Source: an uncultured Pseudomonadota bacterium (GTDB lineage Bacteria; Myxococcota_A; Polyangia; Fen-1088). From it: 64,000 nt of DNA. The stretch spans positions 320,001 through 384,000 of the forward strand of contig CAWKBC010000030.1 in the NCBI GenBank assembly GCA_963847705.1. Direction: 5' to 3'. Below are positions 20,772 to 30,980 of the stretch, piece after piece. Within the stretch, counting starts at the first letter, position 1, and each line of letters starts with the position of its first letter. The notes under the pieces were generated by a model. It searched no databases, had not been told where the DNA came from, and saw only the letters and a program-made list of their open reading frames with translations. The position numbers were made by a program, and so were the translations under genes.

Positions 20772-22222
20772 GACGCGCGGTCGCGATCGCCGCCGCGGCG
20801 GCGTTGCTCGCGCTCGGTCCCGCGGCGGAGGCCCACGTGGGAAGCCCGGACGCCGTGCAAGACGGCCACGCTGGTCCCTACCACCTGCTGGTGACCATCC
20901 GTCCGCCCGAGGTGATCCCGGGGATCGCCCAGATCGAGATCCGCGCGCTGGACGACGACGTGGCGCGGGTCTCGGTCGTGCCGCTGCCGCTGCGTGGACC
21001 GGGGGCCAGCTCGCCGCCGGTGGCCGACGTGGCCCGGGCGAGGCCCGACGATCCGCACGTCTTCGACAGCGCGCTCTGGCTGATGCAGACCGGTGCCTGG
21101 CAGATCCGCGTGACCGCGGAGGGAGCCCGCGGCGCCGGGGTGATGGGCGTGCCGATCCCGGCGCTGGCGCGCACGGTGCGTCCGATGCCCGGCTTCCTGG
21201 CTCTCCTGCTGTTCGCGCTGATGGCGCTCTTGGTGGCGGGGGCGATCGCCATCATGGGGGCCGGCCTGCGCGAGTCGGACCTGGCGCCCGGCGCAGCTCC
21301 CGACGACCGCCGCATCGCGCGCGGCCGGACGGCGATGGCGGTAACCGCGGGGATCCTGGCTCTGGCGCTCGTGGGCGGGCGACGCTGGTGGAACGGCGAG
21401 GCCGGATCGTACCGGCGCCTCGTTTACAAGCCGATGGGGGTCTCGGTCGCGCAGCCGGCCCCTGGTCGTCTCGACCTGACGCTGTCCGATCCTGGCTGGT
21501 TGCGCTGGCGACACACCGACGATCTGATCCCCGATCATGGGCATCTGATGCACCTGTTCCTGGTGCGGGCGCCGGGGCTCGACGCCATCGCCCACCTGCA
21601 TCCACGGCGCACGGGGGAGGCCACCTTCGCGCAGGCGACGCCCGCCTTGCCGGCAGGATCTTACCGGCTGTTCGGGGACATCGTTCATCAGACCGGCCTC
21701 GACGAGACGGTGACCGCCACGCTGGAGCTGGCCGGCGCGGCCGGTCCCCCTGCGGGCGCGCCCTTCGATCCCGACGACGCCAGCGCGCTCATCCCGCGCG
21801 CGGCCACCGTCGACGCTCCGTCGTTCGTCTTCGCCGACGGCAGCGGTCGCCTGCGCTGGGTCGACGCGCGCGCCCCCCGTGCCGGTCAGACGGTCGCGCT
21901 CGCCTTCGAGGTGGAGGATCCCGACGGCCGCCCGGCGGCCGGCATCGAGCCCTACATGGGGATGGCGGGACACGCGATGATCGTGGCGCGCGACTTCAGC
22001 GTGTTCGCGCATGTCCACCCCACCGGCTCGGTGCCGATGGCGGCGATGGCGCTGATCGAAGGGGCGGGCGTGGTCGACCACGCCCACCACCTCGGGATGA
22101 CGTTCGCGCCGCGCGTTCAGTTTCCGGTCGTCTTCCCGCGCGCCGGCGACTACCGGCTGTTCGTTCAGATCAAACGGAACGAACGTGTCGAGACGGCGGC
22201 TTTCGATTTGACGGTGCGCTGA
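20768..22222 (+). CDS. His-rich exported membrane protein, probable metal (Cu) binding
   Basis: Signal peptide ending AEA|HVGS, two central TM segments, and motifs DHGHLMHLF, HLHP, MGMAGH, HVHP and DHAHH. ATGA overlap with the upstream gene. Confidence 0.8.
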   Translation: MRRAVAIAAAAALLALGPAAEAHVGSPDAVQDGHAGPYHLLVTIRPPEVIPGIAQIEIRALDDDVARVSVVPLPLRGPGASSPPVADVARARPDDPHVFDSALWLMQTGAWQIRVTAEGARGAGVMGVPIPALARTVRPMPGFLALLLFALMALLVAGAIAIMGAGLRESDLAPGAAPDDRRIARGRTAMAVTAGILALALVGGRRWWNGEAGSYRRLVYKPMGVSVAQPAPGRLDLTLSDPGWLRWRHTDDLIPDHGHLMHLFLVRAPGLDAIAHLHPRRTGEATFAQATPALPAGSYRLFGDIVHQTGLDETVTATLELAGAAGPPAGAPFDPDDASALIPRAATVDAPSFVFADGSGRLRWVDARAPRAGQTVALAFEVEDPDGRPAAGIEPYMGMAGHAMIVARDFSVFAHVHPTGSVPMAAMALIEGAGVVDHAHHLGMTFAPRVQFPVVFPRAGDYRLFVQIKRNERVETAAFDLTVR

Positions 22223-22266
22223 AGCGCGCTGTCGGTGCGCTGAAGCGGGCTCACGGTGCGCTGACC
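22212..22266 (+). repeat. 21-bp tandem repeat (x3) over the stop codon between convergent genes
   Basis: CGGTGCGCTGA occurs at 22212, 22233 and 22254. Confidence 0.75.
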
Positions 22267-22276
22267 GCGCCGGCGC

Positions 22277-23035
22277 TCAGCTGGCCACCTGTTTGAGGTC
22301 GGATTTGAGCGCGGCCAGGTTGAACCCCGACGGAGCCGGCTTCGTGCCGGCCCACAGCTCGGAGAGGCAGGCGTAGGCCTCGTCGCAGTAGGCGTCCCAG
22401 AACGACCAGGTCATCTTCTTTTTCTGACCCCAGGTGATGATGGTGAGGCCATGCGCGTCGTAGGCCTCGACGACGACGGCGTGGCCGCCCCACGAGCCCG
22501 GCGCGCCGGTGCCGGTCGGACCGCCCGGCGGAACCGACCAGACCTTCTGCTGCTGCGCCGACACCGGCAGCGCGAGACCGATGTACGAACCGCCGAACAG
22601 ATCGACCGCCGCCTGAACGTGAAGGTGGTTCTTTGGCTCCAGCGCCACGAAGGCGTCGATCTTGTAGCCGCCCACGCCGGTCTTGCGCCAGTAGCGGAGC
22701 ACGTCGAGCTCGACGGCGCCGCGATCGGTGCTGGGATCCTTGGGGTTGTAGCCGGTCACCGCCTCGTAGGTCTTCAGGATCGTTTGGTCGGGAAGGACGA
22801 TCTCCTTCGGGCCTGCATTCGCCGTCCAGGCCTGGATGAAGTGCCCCACGGCCGCGCAGGTGCAATCGCCCAGCTTGTCGTTCAACATCATCCCCCAGTT
22901 GGACGCTGCCTTCGTCGTCCAGTCCTGGGCCGGCGGGATCGTCGGCAGCTCGAGGTAGTTCGCCATCTGCAGCGTGCGCGGGTCGTGGTGCGCCGGTTTC
23001 TTTCCGAGCTTGTAGATCGAATGGTCGACGGTCAT
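22277..23035 (-). CDS. Papain-like (C1-type) cysteine peptidase homologue
   Basis: Motifs NDKLGDCTCAA, WGGHAV and TWG; GGGAGGA-like RBS upstream. Confidence 0.65.
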   Translation of the reverse strand: MTVDHSIYKLGKKPAHHDPRTLQMANYLELPTIPPAQDWTTKAASNWGMMLNDKLGDCTCAAVGHFIQAWTANAGPKEIVLPDQTILKTYEAVTGYNPKDPSTDRGAVELDVLRYWRKTGVGGYKIDAFVALEPKNHLHVQAAVDLFGGSYIGLALPVSAQQQKVWSVPPGGPTGTGAPGSWGGHAVVVEAYDAHGLTIITWGQKKKMTWSFWDAYCDEAYACLSELWAGTKPAPSGFNLAALKSDLKQVAS

Positions 23036-23184
23036 CGGTCTCCTCCCTGTGGTTGATCTCCCGGTGGCACCCCCCCTAACGCACGACCGGACGAAGAATT
23101 CTGCGCCGATCCCATCGGCGCTGGCGAGCGAATCTTGATTGCCCGTGCCGGATGTCACCCGACGGGGAAAAATCGTTACCGAGG

Positions 23185-24834
23185 TTACGAATAACCTGCG
23201 GACTTGAGCTTTGCCTTCGCCATCGCGGCGACCTTGCTGCGGCCCGAGCCGGCGAGATCCGACAGGATCTCCTCGCCGGCAGCATTCCGGCGCTCGATGA
23301 GCGCGAAGCCGATCTGGTAGCGCTGGTCCGGTTCGAGCGCGCGATCTTTGCGCACGGCAGCGGCCAGATCGAAGCCGCGCTCCAGCAGCTGGGCGAAGAT
23401 GACCAGCGCCTCGTCGCGCCGGCCCGCGCCGAGCTCGGCGGAGGCGAGCGCGTAGCCGTCGTCGGCGGTCGCGTCGGCCGACTGCCCGAGGAGGCGCAGG
23501 ATCGCCAGCGCGCCGTCGGTGTTCTTGCGCTTGCGCTGCTTCCCCGCCTCCGCGCGCAGGCCTGCCGCGGTCGATGCGCGATCGAGCTCGCGGGCCAGCG
23601 GCACCAGCGCGTCTGCATGGGCGCCGCCCCGTCCGACGCGCGCCACGGCCAGGCTCACCAGCACGCCCGCCAGCTTCTTCCCGGCGGCCTCGGTTCCTTT
23701 TTCGAGCAGCGCGCGCGCCTGCGGCCGCAACAGGCGCGCCAGCAGCGCGACGCGCCCATCGTCGCCGCGATTGGATTCGGTGGCCGCCAGCGCCCGCCCG
23801 AGCGCCAGCGCCCCGTCGGCCCGCGCGCCGAGGGCCGCGGCGGCGGCCTCGGCCCGCCCGCGATCGGTGGTCGACGACAGCACGGCGCCGAGGCTGCTGC
23901 CGCCCGCGGCGCCGGTGATCTGCGCCAGCCGCTCGATCGCCAGCAGGGCCCGCTCCGGCTCGCCGCCGAGCGCGATCTTCTGCAGCCTCGGCGCGATCGC
24001 CGGCGGCAGCTCCAGACTGGCCAGCGAGTAGAGCGCGGCGCGCGCCAGCTCCGGCGTCGCGCGCTCGGCCAGCTCCGCGAGCGCCGTGGCCACCGCCGTC
24101 GCCTTGCCGCGGGCCGTGAAGCGCAGCGCGACGATCGCCTCCTCGCGCAGGGCGGGCGGCTGCTTTCCGTCGCGGGCGAACGCCAGCAGCGTCGGCACGG
24201 CCGCCGGGTCTTCGAGATACCCCAGAATCTTCAGGCCGCCGCTCACCAGCCCCAGCGATCCGCCCTTGCGCGAGGCGGCCGCGCGCGCCTTCAGCAGCTT
24301 GGTCACCTCGGCCAGGTAGGCGGCCTTCTCGCGGGCGCTCGCCTCCTTCACCCGCTGCCGCACCGCCAGCGCCGCGGCGCGCGCCGCCTCGAGGTCGGGC
24401 GTGTCCAGCGAGGCCAGCAGCGCCTTGAAGGCGTCCTTGCCGCCCACGCGTCCGAGCACCTCCTCGAGCGCACGCCGCTCCAGCGGGTCGGTCGCCGCCC
24501 CCAGCCGCGTGCGCACCGGGCCGATGGCCTCTTCGCCGATGGCGATCGCCGCGTCGACGGCGGCGCGCCGCACGGCCTCATCGCGGGCGGCGAGGGCGCC
24601 GAGCACGGCCGGCATCGCGCGCCGCCCGCCCGTCCCGGAGGCCACCCGCCCGAGCGCATCCAGCGCGTGCCGCTGCACCGGCGGGAGCCCGCGCGCCACT
24701 GCCGCCCCGAGCGCGTCGATCACCGCCGCGTCGCGCGCGCCGAGCTCGCCCAGCACGATCGCGGCGGCGATCTGCCGCTCGTGCGCGGCGCTCTCGAGCA
24801 GCGCCAGAATCCTGCGGAGCTGCGGATCGGCCAC
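23185..24834 (-). CDS. HEAT-repeat protein
   Basis: Ala/Leu-rich helical repeats such as VRRAAVDAAIAIG and REEAIVALR. This is the 3' part of ORF 23185..26376. Confidence 0.75.
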   Translation of the reverse strand: MADPQLRRILALLESAAHERQIAAAIVLGELGARDAAVIDALGAAVARGLPPVQRHALDALGRVASGTGGRRAMPAVLGALAARDEAVRRAAVDAAIAIGEEAIGPVRTRLGAATDPLERRALEEVLGRVGGKDAFKALLASLDTPDLEAARAAALAVRQRVKEASAREKAAYLAEVTKLLKARAAASRKGGSLGLVSGGLKILGYLEDPAAVPTLLAFARDGKQPPALREEAIVALRFTARGKATAVATALAELAERATPELARAALYSLASLELPPAIAPRLQKIALGGEPERALLAIERLAQITGAAGGSSLGAVLSSTTDRGRAEAAAAALGARADGALALGRALAATESNRGDDGRVALLARLLRPQARALLEKGTEAAGKKLAGVLVSLAVARVGRGGAHADALVPLARELDRASTAAGLRAEAGKQRKRKNTDGALAILRLLGQSADATADDGYALASAELGAGRRDEALVIFAQLLERGFDLAAAVRKDRALEPDQRYQIGFALIERRNAAGEEILSDLAGSGRSKVAAMAKAKLKSAGYS

Positions 24835-24935
24835 GATGCCCGATGGTAGCCGTCGCCCCCGCCCTTTGGCAAAAGGCGGGGCCGCCGCGCCTTTGCGCCA
24901 CCCCGATTCGGGCTGAGCGGTGGTTAAGCGGTGGC

Positions 24936-26618
24936 TCAGCGGCGCGCGCGACGGCGCCGTCCGGTCGCGCCGAGGGCGAGGGCCAACAGCGCCAGCCCCG
25001 CGCTCAATCCGCCGCGGCCTGGCCCCGCCGAATCGCAGGAGCAGCTGACGACGCCGCCCTCTTCGTGCGAGCCGGTGCCGCCGCTTCCCGACGCTGTCGT
25101 GCTGCCGCCCGCGCCCATCGGGGTGCCGCCGGCGCCGCTGCCGCCGGTGCCCCTGCCGCCCGTGCCGCTGGTCCCGACGAGCCCACCCGCACCGGTCGTT
25201 CCGACGACTCCGCCGGTCCCCGTCGTGCCGCCGCTTCCCGTCGAGCCGGGCGGCGGCGGGTCGCACTGGCCGCTGTGGCAGGCGGCGCCGCCGGGGCACT
25301 TCGCACCCGCGCAGGCGTCGCCGCAGCTCCCGTTGCTGCAGACCTCGCCCGCGCCGCAGGTCATCGTGTCGCAGCCGGTGTCGACACAGGCGCCCGTCGC
25401 GGAGCAGATCTGGCCGCTCGGGCAGGCCTGGCAAGAGCAGTTCTGGACGCAGACGCCGAGCACGCAGACCGAACCGTTGCAGGTGACGCCCTTGCAGGGG
25501 TCGACACAGACGCCGAGCTCGCAGATCTGGCTGGCCGGGCAGACGACGCCGTCGCAGCCGCCGACGCAGGTGCCGGACTGGCAGAGCTGCCCGGTCTTGC
25601 AGGTGACGCCGACGCACGAGGGATCGACGCAGAGGCCGTTCATGCAGACGAGCGGCGGGCCGCAGGGGAACTCGCTGTCGCTGCAGGGTCCGGTGCACTT
25701 TCCCTGCACACACACCTGACCGGTGGGGCAGAGATCGTCGCCGTCGTCGACCATCCCGTTGCAGTCGTTGTCGAGGTTGTCGCACTTCTCGGCGCTCGGC
25801 TTGATCGTCGGCACGCAGGTCGGGGAGCCGCCCACCACGCACTGGGTGATGCCGTTGGCGCAGACGCCCTGCATGGTGGTCTGGCAGGGGACGCCGCCGC
25901 CGTCGCAGGTGACGCCGCTGATGGCGAAGACCTTGTCGTTGAAGTCGCCGTCGTCGGGCCAGGAGGTCGCGTTCGCCCCCTCCCAGTCCTCCCAGGCCAT
26001 GTAGTACTCGTTCGAGGTCAAAGTTGATGCGTACGAGAGCATCAGCTTCCAGTAGCCGGGCATCTCGCCCGCTCCTGTGCAGCCCGAACAGTAGGCGTTG
26101 CGGGTGTCCTCCGAGTAGTAGACCGGAATGACTGCGCCGTTCGTTCCGACGGCCTTCATGAGAGCGAAGCCGACCAGACCGCCCCCGTAGTTTGGGTCGC
26201 TGCGGATGTCGGAGCTCGCGACGACGGCTCCGAGCTGCATTGGAAAGATCCCGATCGGGTAGACGGTGGGGGTCTGGGTGTGATTTGGATCGGCCGTCGC
26301 GTCGGGCACGTTGTACCAGCCGAGGCCACCGTTTGCCTGCGACTGGCTCAGCACCAGGGTCGCCTGGAAATTGCACAGCGGCATGAAGGTCGCCGGTGTG
26401 ATCGAAGCGTCTGCCACCGCGTTGATGTTCTCCATCGCGGTCTTGGTGAAGTAAGTCTGGAGAGTGGTTTCGGTGCTTCCTGGCACGGTCGCGGGGACCG
26501 CCATTCCGTTCGGCTCGACCACCTGCGCTACGGCCGAACGGCAGACGAACGCCAGCGCCAGAGCGGCGAGTGCAAAGCTAGATTCAGGACTTCCGGAGCG
26601 ACGGGCGGGGTGTTTCAT
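24936..26618 (-). CDS. Secreted Cys-rich protein with DUF4114-like domain and MYXO-CTERM-type sorting signal
   Basis: Signal peptide, DGDFNDKVF, EKCDNLDNDCNG, Cys repeats and a Gly linker. The C-terminus is SCSC, a TM segment, then RRRRARR. Confidence 0.8.
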   Translation of the reverse strand: MKHPARRSGSPESSFALAALALAFVCRSAVAQVVEPNGMAVPATVPGSTETTLQTYFTKTAMENINAVADASITPATFMPLCNFQATLVLSQSQANGGLGWYNVPDATADPNHTQTPTVYPIGIFPMQLGAVVASSDIRSDPNYGGGLVGFALMKAVGTNGAVIPVYYSEDTRNAYCSGCTGAGEMPGYWKLMLSYASTLTSNEYYMAWEDWEGANATSWPDDGDFNDKVFAISGVTCDGGGVPCQTTMQGVCANGITQCVVGGSPTCVPTIKPSAEKCDNLDNDCNGMVDDGDDLCPTGQVCVQGKCTGPCSDSEFPCGPPLVCMNGLCVDPSCVGVTCKTGQLCQSGTCVGGCDGVVCPASQICELGVCVDPCKGVTCNGSVCVLGVCVQNCSCQACPSGQICSATGACVDTGCDTMTCGAGEVCSNGSCGDACAGAKCPGGAACHSGQCDPPPPGSTGSGGTTGTGGVVGTTGAGGLVGTSGTGGRGTGGSGAGGTPMGAGGSTTASGSGGTGSHEEGGVVSCSCDSAGPGRGGLSAGLALLALALGATGRRRRARR

Positions 26619-26653
26619 GGGGCGGCCCTGTCCCTTTTCCGGAACCTACGCTC

Positions 26654-27211
26654 TCATTCACTGCCCGCTGCGTCAAGTGACCCACACCGCCCCCAGACGC
26701 CAGCCAGCGTGGCCACGTCCGCGGCGGTGGGGAGCACGGTGAGGTTGGCCGGGTTCATCAGCGAGGCCCGCACATCGGTGGGGATGTGGACGAGGCCGAA
26801 TGAATGGCCGATCTCGTGGGCGATGGTGATGGCCAGCTCGTCACCGACCAGATCGTCATTGATGTAGATCTGCCCGGAGGGGGCGTCGTACAGGCCGTGG
26901 AAGGGCGCGCCCGCCACCTGAAAGTGAACCGGCAACGTGGGGCCGGCGCCTCCATCTGCGGAGTTGCCTGACAGCAGGTCGCTCGCGGCGCTGGCGTTCC
27001 AGAGCGCGGCGCCGGCCGCCACGCCTTGAAGCTGGGCCGCGGTCGCGGTGGCGTCCGGGACCAGGGTCACCGGCGTGCAGGGATCGAACTTCACCGCCGG
27101 TCCGCTGGCCGCGGGATCTTGCCCACAACCGATCGCCGATGCGATTGCCACGACGACGGCGACGACGCGTGCGAGCGAAACGAGGGGGGCGGGGCTCAAA
27201 CTTCGGGCCAC
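26654..27211 (-). CDS. Lipoprotein with zincin (matrixin-like) motif
   Basis: Lipobox AIGC, HEIGHSFGLVH and Met-turn SLMNP. Confidence 0.75.
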   Translation of the reverse strand: MARSLSPAPLVSLARVVAVVVAIASAIGCGQDPAASGPAVKFDPCTPVTLVPDATATAAQLQGVAAGAALWNASAASDLLSGNSADGGAGPTLPVHFQVAGAPFHGLYDAPSGQIYINDDLVGDELAITIAHEIGHSFGLVHIPTDVRASLMNPANLTVLPTAADVATLAGVWGRCGSLDAAGSE

Positions 27212-27411
27212 GGGGAAGGCCGCAATCCTAACGGGATCGAAGGCGGGCGCACCGAAAAATCAAAGCTCAACCAACGAAAAGAACGATTCGTTCAACGATT
27301 CGTTGCGGTTGAGCCGTAATCCGCTCACCGATGCCCGTCCTTGTCGACGGCGCGACGATGGACATAACTAGGACAGAGAACGGGTAGGAACAAGTAGGGG
27401 AGGAGGGGACG

Positions 27412-28443
27412 ATGAAGGTGCTTTCTTTGTTCGTTGTGCCAGCTGTTCTGGCTCTCGGGATCTCGGCGGCCAAGGCCGATCCGAGTCCGAATCCCGAAAT
27501 GGGTGGGGCGCAGACGATGCCGAGCGGCGCCGAGGCGCAGACGCCACCGCCGGCGACGTATGATCCAGGGACCCCGGGCGTCGCGCCTGCGACGACACCG
27601 CCCGCGGTTCCGAGCGCCACCGACACACCGGTTCCGCCGGCGACGCCGAGCGCCACCGACACGACGGCCGCGCCGGCGACGCCGAGCGCCACCGACACGA
27701 CGGTCACACCGGCCGCCACGGCCCCTCCGGCGACGACGCCCGCGGAGACCAATCCTGCGTCGCCGCCGCCCGGAACGCCGGTCGCGCCGACGCCGCCGGG
27801 GGGGACCAGCATGGCGATCCCGCCGCCGCCGAACGGCCAGGTCACCGAGTCGGTCCCGGTGGCACCGCTGCCGCCCGTGCCGGGCGCACCGGAAGGTGTC
27901 TACCCAGGCGCGAGTGTCTACTCGCACGTCGGCGTCGGCCTGCTGGTCGGCGGCGGCTTCAACGACTACACCAACGGTCGTCTCCAGAACGTCACCGGCG
28001 ACGGCGGCTACTGGACGGCCCGTGTCGTGGCCGGCACGCGCGAGTACGTGGGGATGGAGGCCGCCTATATCGGTGACGCCCGCAGCATCACGGGGCTGGG
28101 GTTCAACAACGACTCGCGGCTGATCTCCAACGGCCTGTCGGGGAATCTGCGCGTCAACATCCCGATCGCGCGCGGGGCGTCGTTGATCGAGCCGTTCGGC
28201 TTCGTCGGCGTCGGTTGGTCGCACTACACCGTCACCAACAACAACGTCCAGCTGTCGGACGTGATCTCGTCGGACAACGTGCTCACGCTGCCGTACGGCG
28301 GGGGGCTGGAGTTCGCCTACAAGGGCTTCATGGCCGACGCGCGGTTCACGTACACGCAGACCTACTACAACAACCTCACCGAGACGATCGGCGGAAACCT
28401 CAACAACTGGGGGGTCGGCGGCCAGATCGGCTTCGAGTACTGA
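27412..28443 (+). CDS. Outer-membrane beta-barrel protein with Pro/Thr-rich N-terminus
   Basis: GGAGG RBS, signal peptide, ATPSATDT repeats and amphipathic strands ending GQIGFEY. Confidence 0.8.
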   Translation: MKVLSLFVVPAVLALGISAAKADPSPNPEMGGAQTMPSGAEAQTPPPATYDPGTPGVAPATTPPAVPSATDTPVPPATPSATDTTAAPATPSATDTTVTPAATAPPATTPAETNPASPPPGTPVAPTPPGGTSMAIPPPPNGQVTESVPVAPLPPVPGAPEGVYPGASVYSHVGVGLLVGGGFNDYTNGRLQNVTGDGGYWTARVVAGTREYVGMEAAYIGDARSITGLGFNNDSRLISNGLSGNLRVNIPIARGASLIEPFGFVGVGWSHYTVTNNNVQLSDVISSDNVLTLPYGGGLEFAYKGFMADARFTYTQTYYNNLTETIGGNLNNWGVGGQIGFEY

Positions 28444-28585
28444 CGGCCCGGCCCGCGGCGCCACACGTCGGCGCCGCGGCGCCAGACGTCAACAGGTCTG
28501 GCGACACGCCCTTTCCGCCGTCGGCGGGAGGGGCGTTGCTTCGTGAGGGCGTGCTATCTATCGTTCTTCGAGAAGAGCAGACCCC

Positions 28586-30940
28586 TTGCAGCCTGGCGCA
28601 CCCGGATCCACTGGCCCCGCACACCGTCGACTGTCGGTGGTCGCGGCGGAGACCGAACGGGACCCCGTCTGCGGCATGATGGTCTCGGCGGCGGCGCCGG
28701 AGCGCGCCAGCTTCGAGGGGCGGACCTACTTCTTCTGTTGCGCCGGCTGCCGCACGAAGTTCGAGGCGACGCCCCGCGCCTATCTCGACGTCGATCGGAG
28801 CGGCGGCGCGCCGCCGCCGGCGCACGTCACCCCGCCGGTGAGCGCGGAGAGGGAGTCCGGGTGGACCTGCCCGATGCACCCGGAGATACGCCGCGCCAGT
28901 CCAGGCGACTGCCCCCTCTGTGGCATGGCGCTCGAGCCGCTCGCGCCGGCGGGAGCGTCGGACGCCAATCCGGAGCTCGCCGACATGACGCGGCGTTTTT
29001 GGGTGAGCGCCGCGCTCACCCTGCCGGTGGTGGCGCTGGCGATGGCGTCGCTGGAGGGGCCCTGGGTGCCGTGGGTGGAGGCGATCCTGGCGGGGATCGT
29101 GGTGATGTGGGGCGGCCAGATCTTCTTCGCGCGCGCGCTGGCGTCGCTGGGAAACCGCCGCTGGAACATGTTCACGCTGATCGGGCTCGGGGTGGCGGTC
29201 TCCTACGGCTACAGCCTGATCGTCCTGGCGTTCCCCGACCTGATGCAGCCGCTGCTTCGGGGCAGCAAGGCGGCAGCGCCCGTCTACTTCGAGGCCGCGG
29301 CGACGATCGTCACCCTGGTGTTGCTGGGGCAGGTGCTGGAGCTCCGCGCGCGCCACCAGACGGGGGCGGCCATCCGGGCGCTGCTCGACCTTTCGCCCAA
29401 GCGCGCGCTCCGGATCCGGCCCGACGGCGGCGACGAGGAGGTTCTGCTCGGCGAGGTGGCCGTCGGCGACCGCCTGCGGGTGCGCGCCGGCGAGAAGATC
29501 CCGGTCGACGGTCGCGTGCTCGAAGGGGAGAGCGCCGTGGACGAGTCGATGCTCACCGGCGAGCCGATCCCGGCCGCCAAAGCGCCGGGCGACCGCCTGG
29601 TGGGCGCCACCTTGAACGGCACCGGCGCGCTGGTGATGCGCGCCGAGCGGGTGGGGCGCGAGACGCTGCTGGCCCAGATCGTCCGCTTGGTCGGCGAGGC
29701 GCAGCGGAGCCGGGCGCCGATCCAGCGGATGGCCGACGTCGTCTCGGGGGTGTTCGTGCCGGTCGTCGTCGGCGTGGCCGTCGTCGCCTTCCTGGCCTGG
29801 GCGCTGGTCGGCCCGGCGCCGCGGCTTCCGCACGCGCTCCTGGCCGCGGTCTCGGTGCTGATCATCGCCTGCCCCTGCGCGCTCGGCCTGGCGACGCCGA
29901 TGTCGATCCTGGTGGCGACCGGCAAGGCGGCGGCGGCCGGGGTTCTCTTCAAGAACGCCGAGGCGCTGGAGATCCTGCACCAGGTCGACACCCTGGTGCT
30001 CGACAAGACCGGGACCTTGACCGAGGGCAAGCCGCAGCTGATCTCCGTCGTCGTGACCGGCGCCGACAGCGAGGCGACTCTGTTGCGGCTGGCGGCCTCG
30101 CTGGAGCGCGCCAGCGAGCACCCGCTGGCGGCGGCGATCGTTCGCGGCGCGGCGGATCGTGGCGTTGCGCTGGGCGAGGCCACCGGCGTCGAGGCGCTGG
30201 CCGGCCGCGGTGTCCGCGGGCGCGTCGACGGCCGCACGGTCGCGCTGGGGAACGCGCGCCTCCTCGCCGAGCTGGGTGTCGACGGTGGGGCCGCGACGGC
30301 GCGCGCCGACGAGCTGCGCGCCGCCGGCGAGACGGTCGCGCTCGTCGTCGTCGATGGGCGACTGGCGGGCGTGCTGGGGCTCTCCGATCCGATCAAGGCG
30401 GGGGCGGCAGAGGTGATCGCCGCGCTCCGGGCCGATGGGCTGCGGACGGTGATGCTCACCGGCGACAATCGGGTGACCGCGGAGGCGGTCGGGCGCCAGC
30501 TGGGCATCGACGAGCTGGTGGCGGAGGTCCTGCCGGCCGAGAAGGCTGCCGTCATCGAGAAGCTCCAGTCCGAAGGGCGGGTGGTGGCGATGGCCGGCGA
30601 CGGCATCAACGACGCGCCGGCGCTGGCCCGCGCCCAGGTCGGCATCGCGATGGGGACCGGCAGCGACATCGCGCTGGAGAGCGCCGGCGTCACGCTGCTG
30701 AAAGGCGACCTGGGCGGCATCCTGCGGGCGCGCCGCCTGTCGCGGCTGACGATCGCCAACATCAAACAGAACCTGGCCTTCGCCTTTCTCTACAACGCGC
30801 TCGGCGTCCCGATCGCGGCCGGCCTGCTCTATCCGCTCTTTCGTCTGCAGCTCACCCCGGAGATCGCTGCGGCCGCGATGGCGCTCTCCTCGGTCTCCGT
30901 GGTGGGCAACGCGCTCCGGCTGCGGGGCAAGCAAATCTGA
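28586..30940 (+). CDS. copA: Cu(I)-type P1B ATPase with YHS domain
   Basis: DPVCGM and YFFCC (YHS), [31 protein letters not shown] and MALSS. Confidence 0.92.
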   Translation: MQPGAPGSTGPAHRRLSVVAAETERDPVCGMMVSAAAPERASFEGRTYFFCCAGCRTKFEATPRAYLDVDRSGGAPPPAHVTPPVSAERESGWTCPMHPEIRRASPGDCPLCGMALEPLAPAGASDANPELADMTRRFWVSAALTLPVVALAMASLEGPWVPWVEAILAGIVVMWGGQIFFARALASLGNRRWNMFTLIGLGVAVSYGYSLIVLAFPDLMQPLLRGSKAAAPVYFEAAATIVTLVLLGQVLELRARHQTGAAIRALLDLSPKRALRIRPDGGDEEVLLGEVAVGDRLRVRAGEKIPVDGRVLEGESAVDESMLTGEPIPAAKAPGDRLVGATLNGTGALVMRAERVGRETLLAQIVRLVGEAQRSRAPIQRMADVVSGVFVPVVVGVAVVAFLAWALVGPAPRLPHALLAAVSVLIIACPCALGLATPMSILVATGKAAAAGVLFKNAEALEILHQVDTLVLDKTGTLTEGKPQLISVVVTGADSEATLLRLAASLERASEHPLAAAIVRGAADRGVALGEATGVEALAGRGVRGRVDGRTVALGNARLLAELGVDGGAATARADELRAAGETVALVVVDGRLAGVLGLSDPIKAGAAEVIAALRADGLRTVMLTGDNRVTAEAVGRQLGIDELVAEVLPAEKAAVIEKLQSEGRVVAMAGDGINDAPALARAQVGIAMGTGSDIALESAGVTLLKGDLGGILRARRLSRLTIANIKQNLAFAFLYNALGVPIAAGLLYPLFRLQLTPEIAAAAMALSSVSVVGNALRLRGKQI

Positions 30941-30980
30941 GTCGCGCCTCCGACCGCGCGCGCCATCCGTCGGTGGCAGC

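Noticed and set aside
22212-22266. 21-bp triplet as a mini-CRISPR or regulatory array
   Set aside because: It has only three adjacent units without unique spacers and is best explained as slippage duplication around a stop codon.
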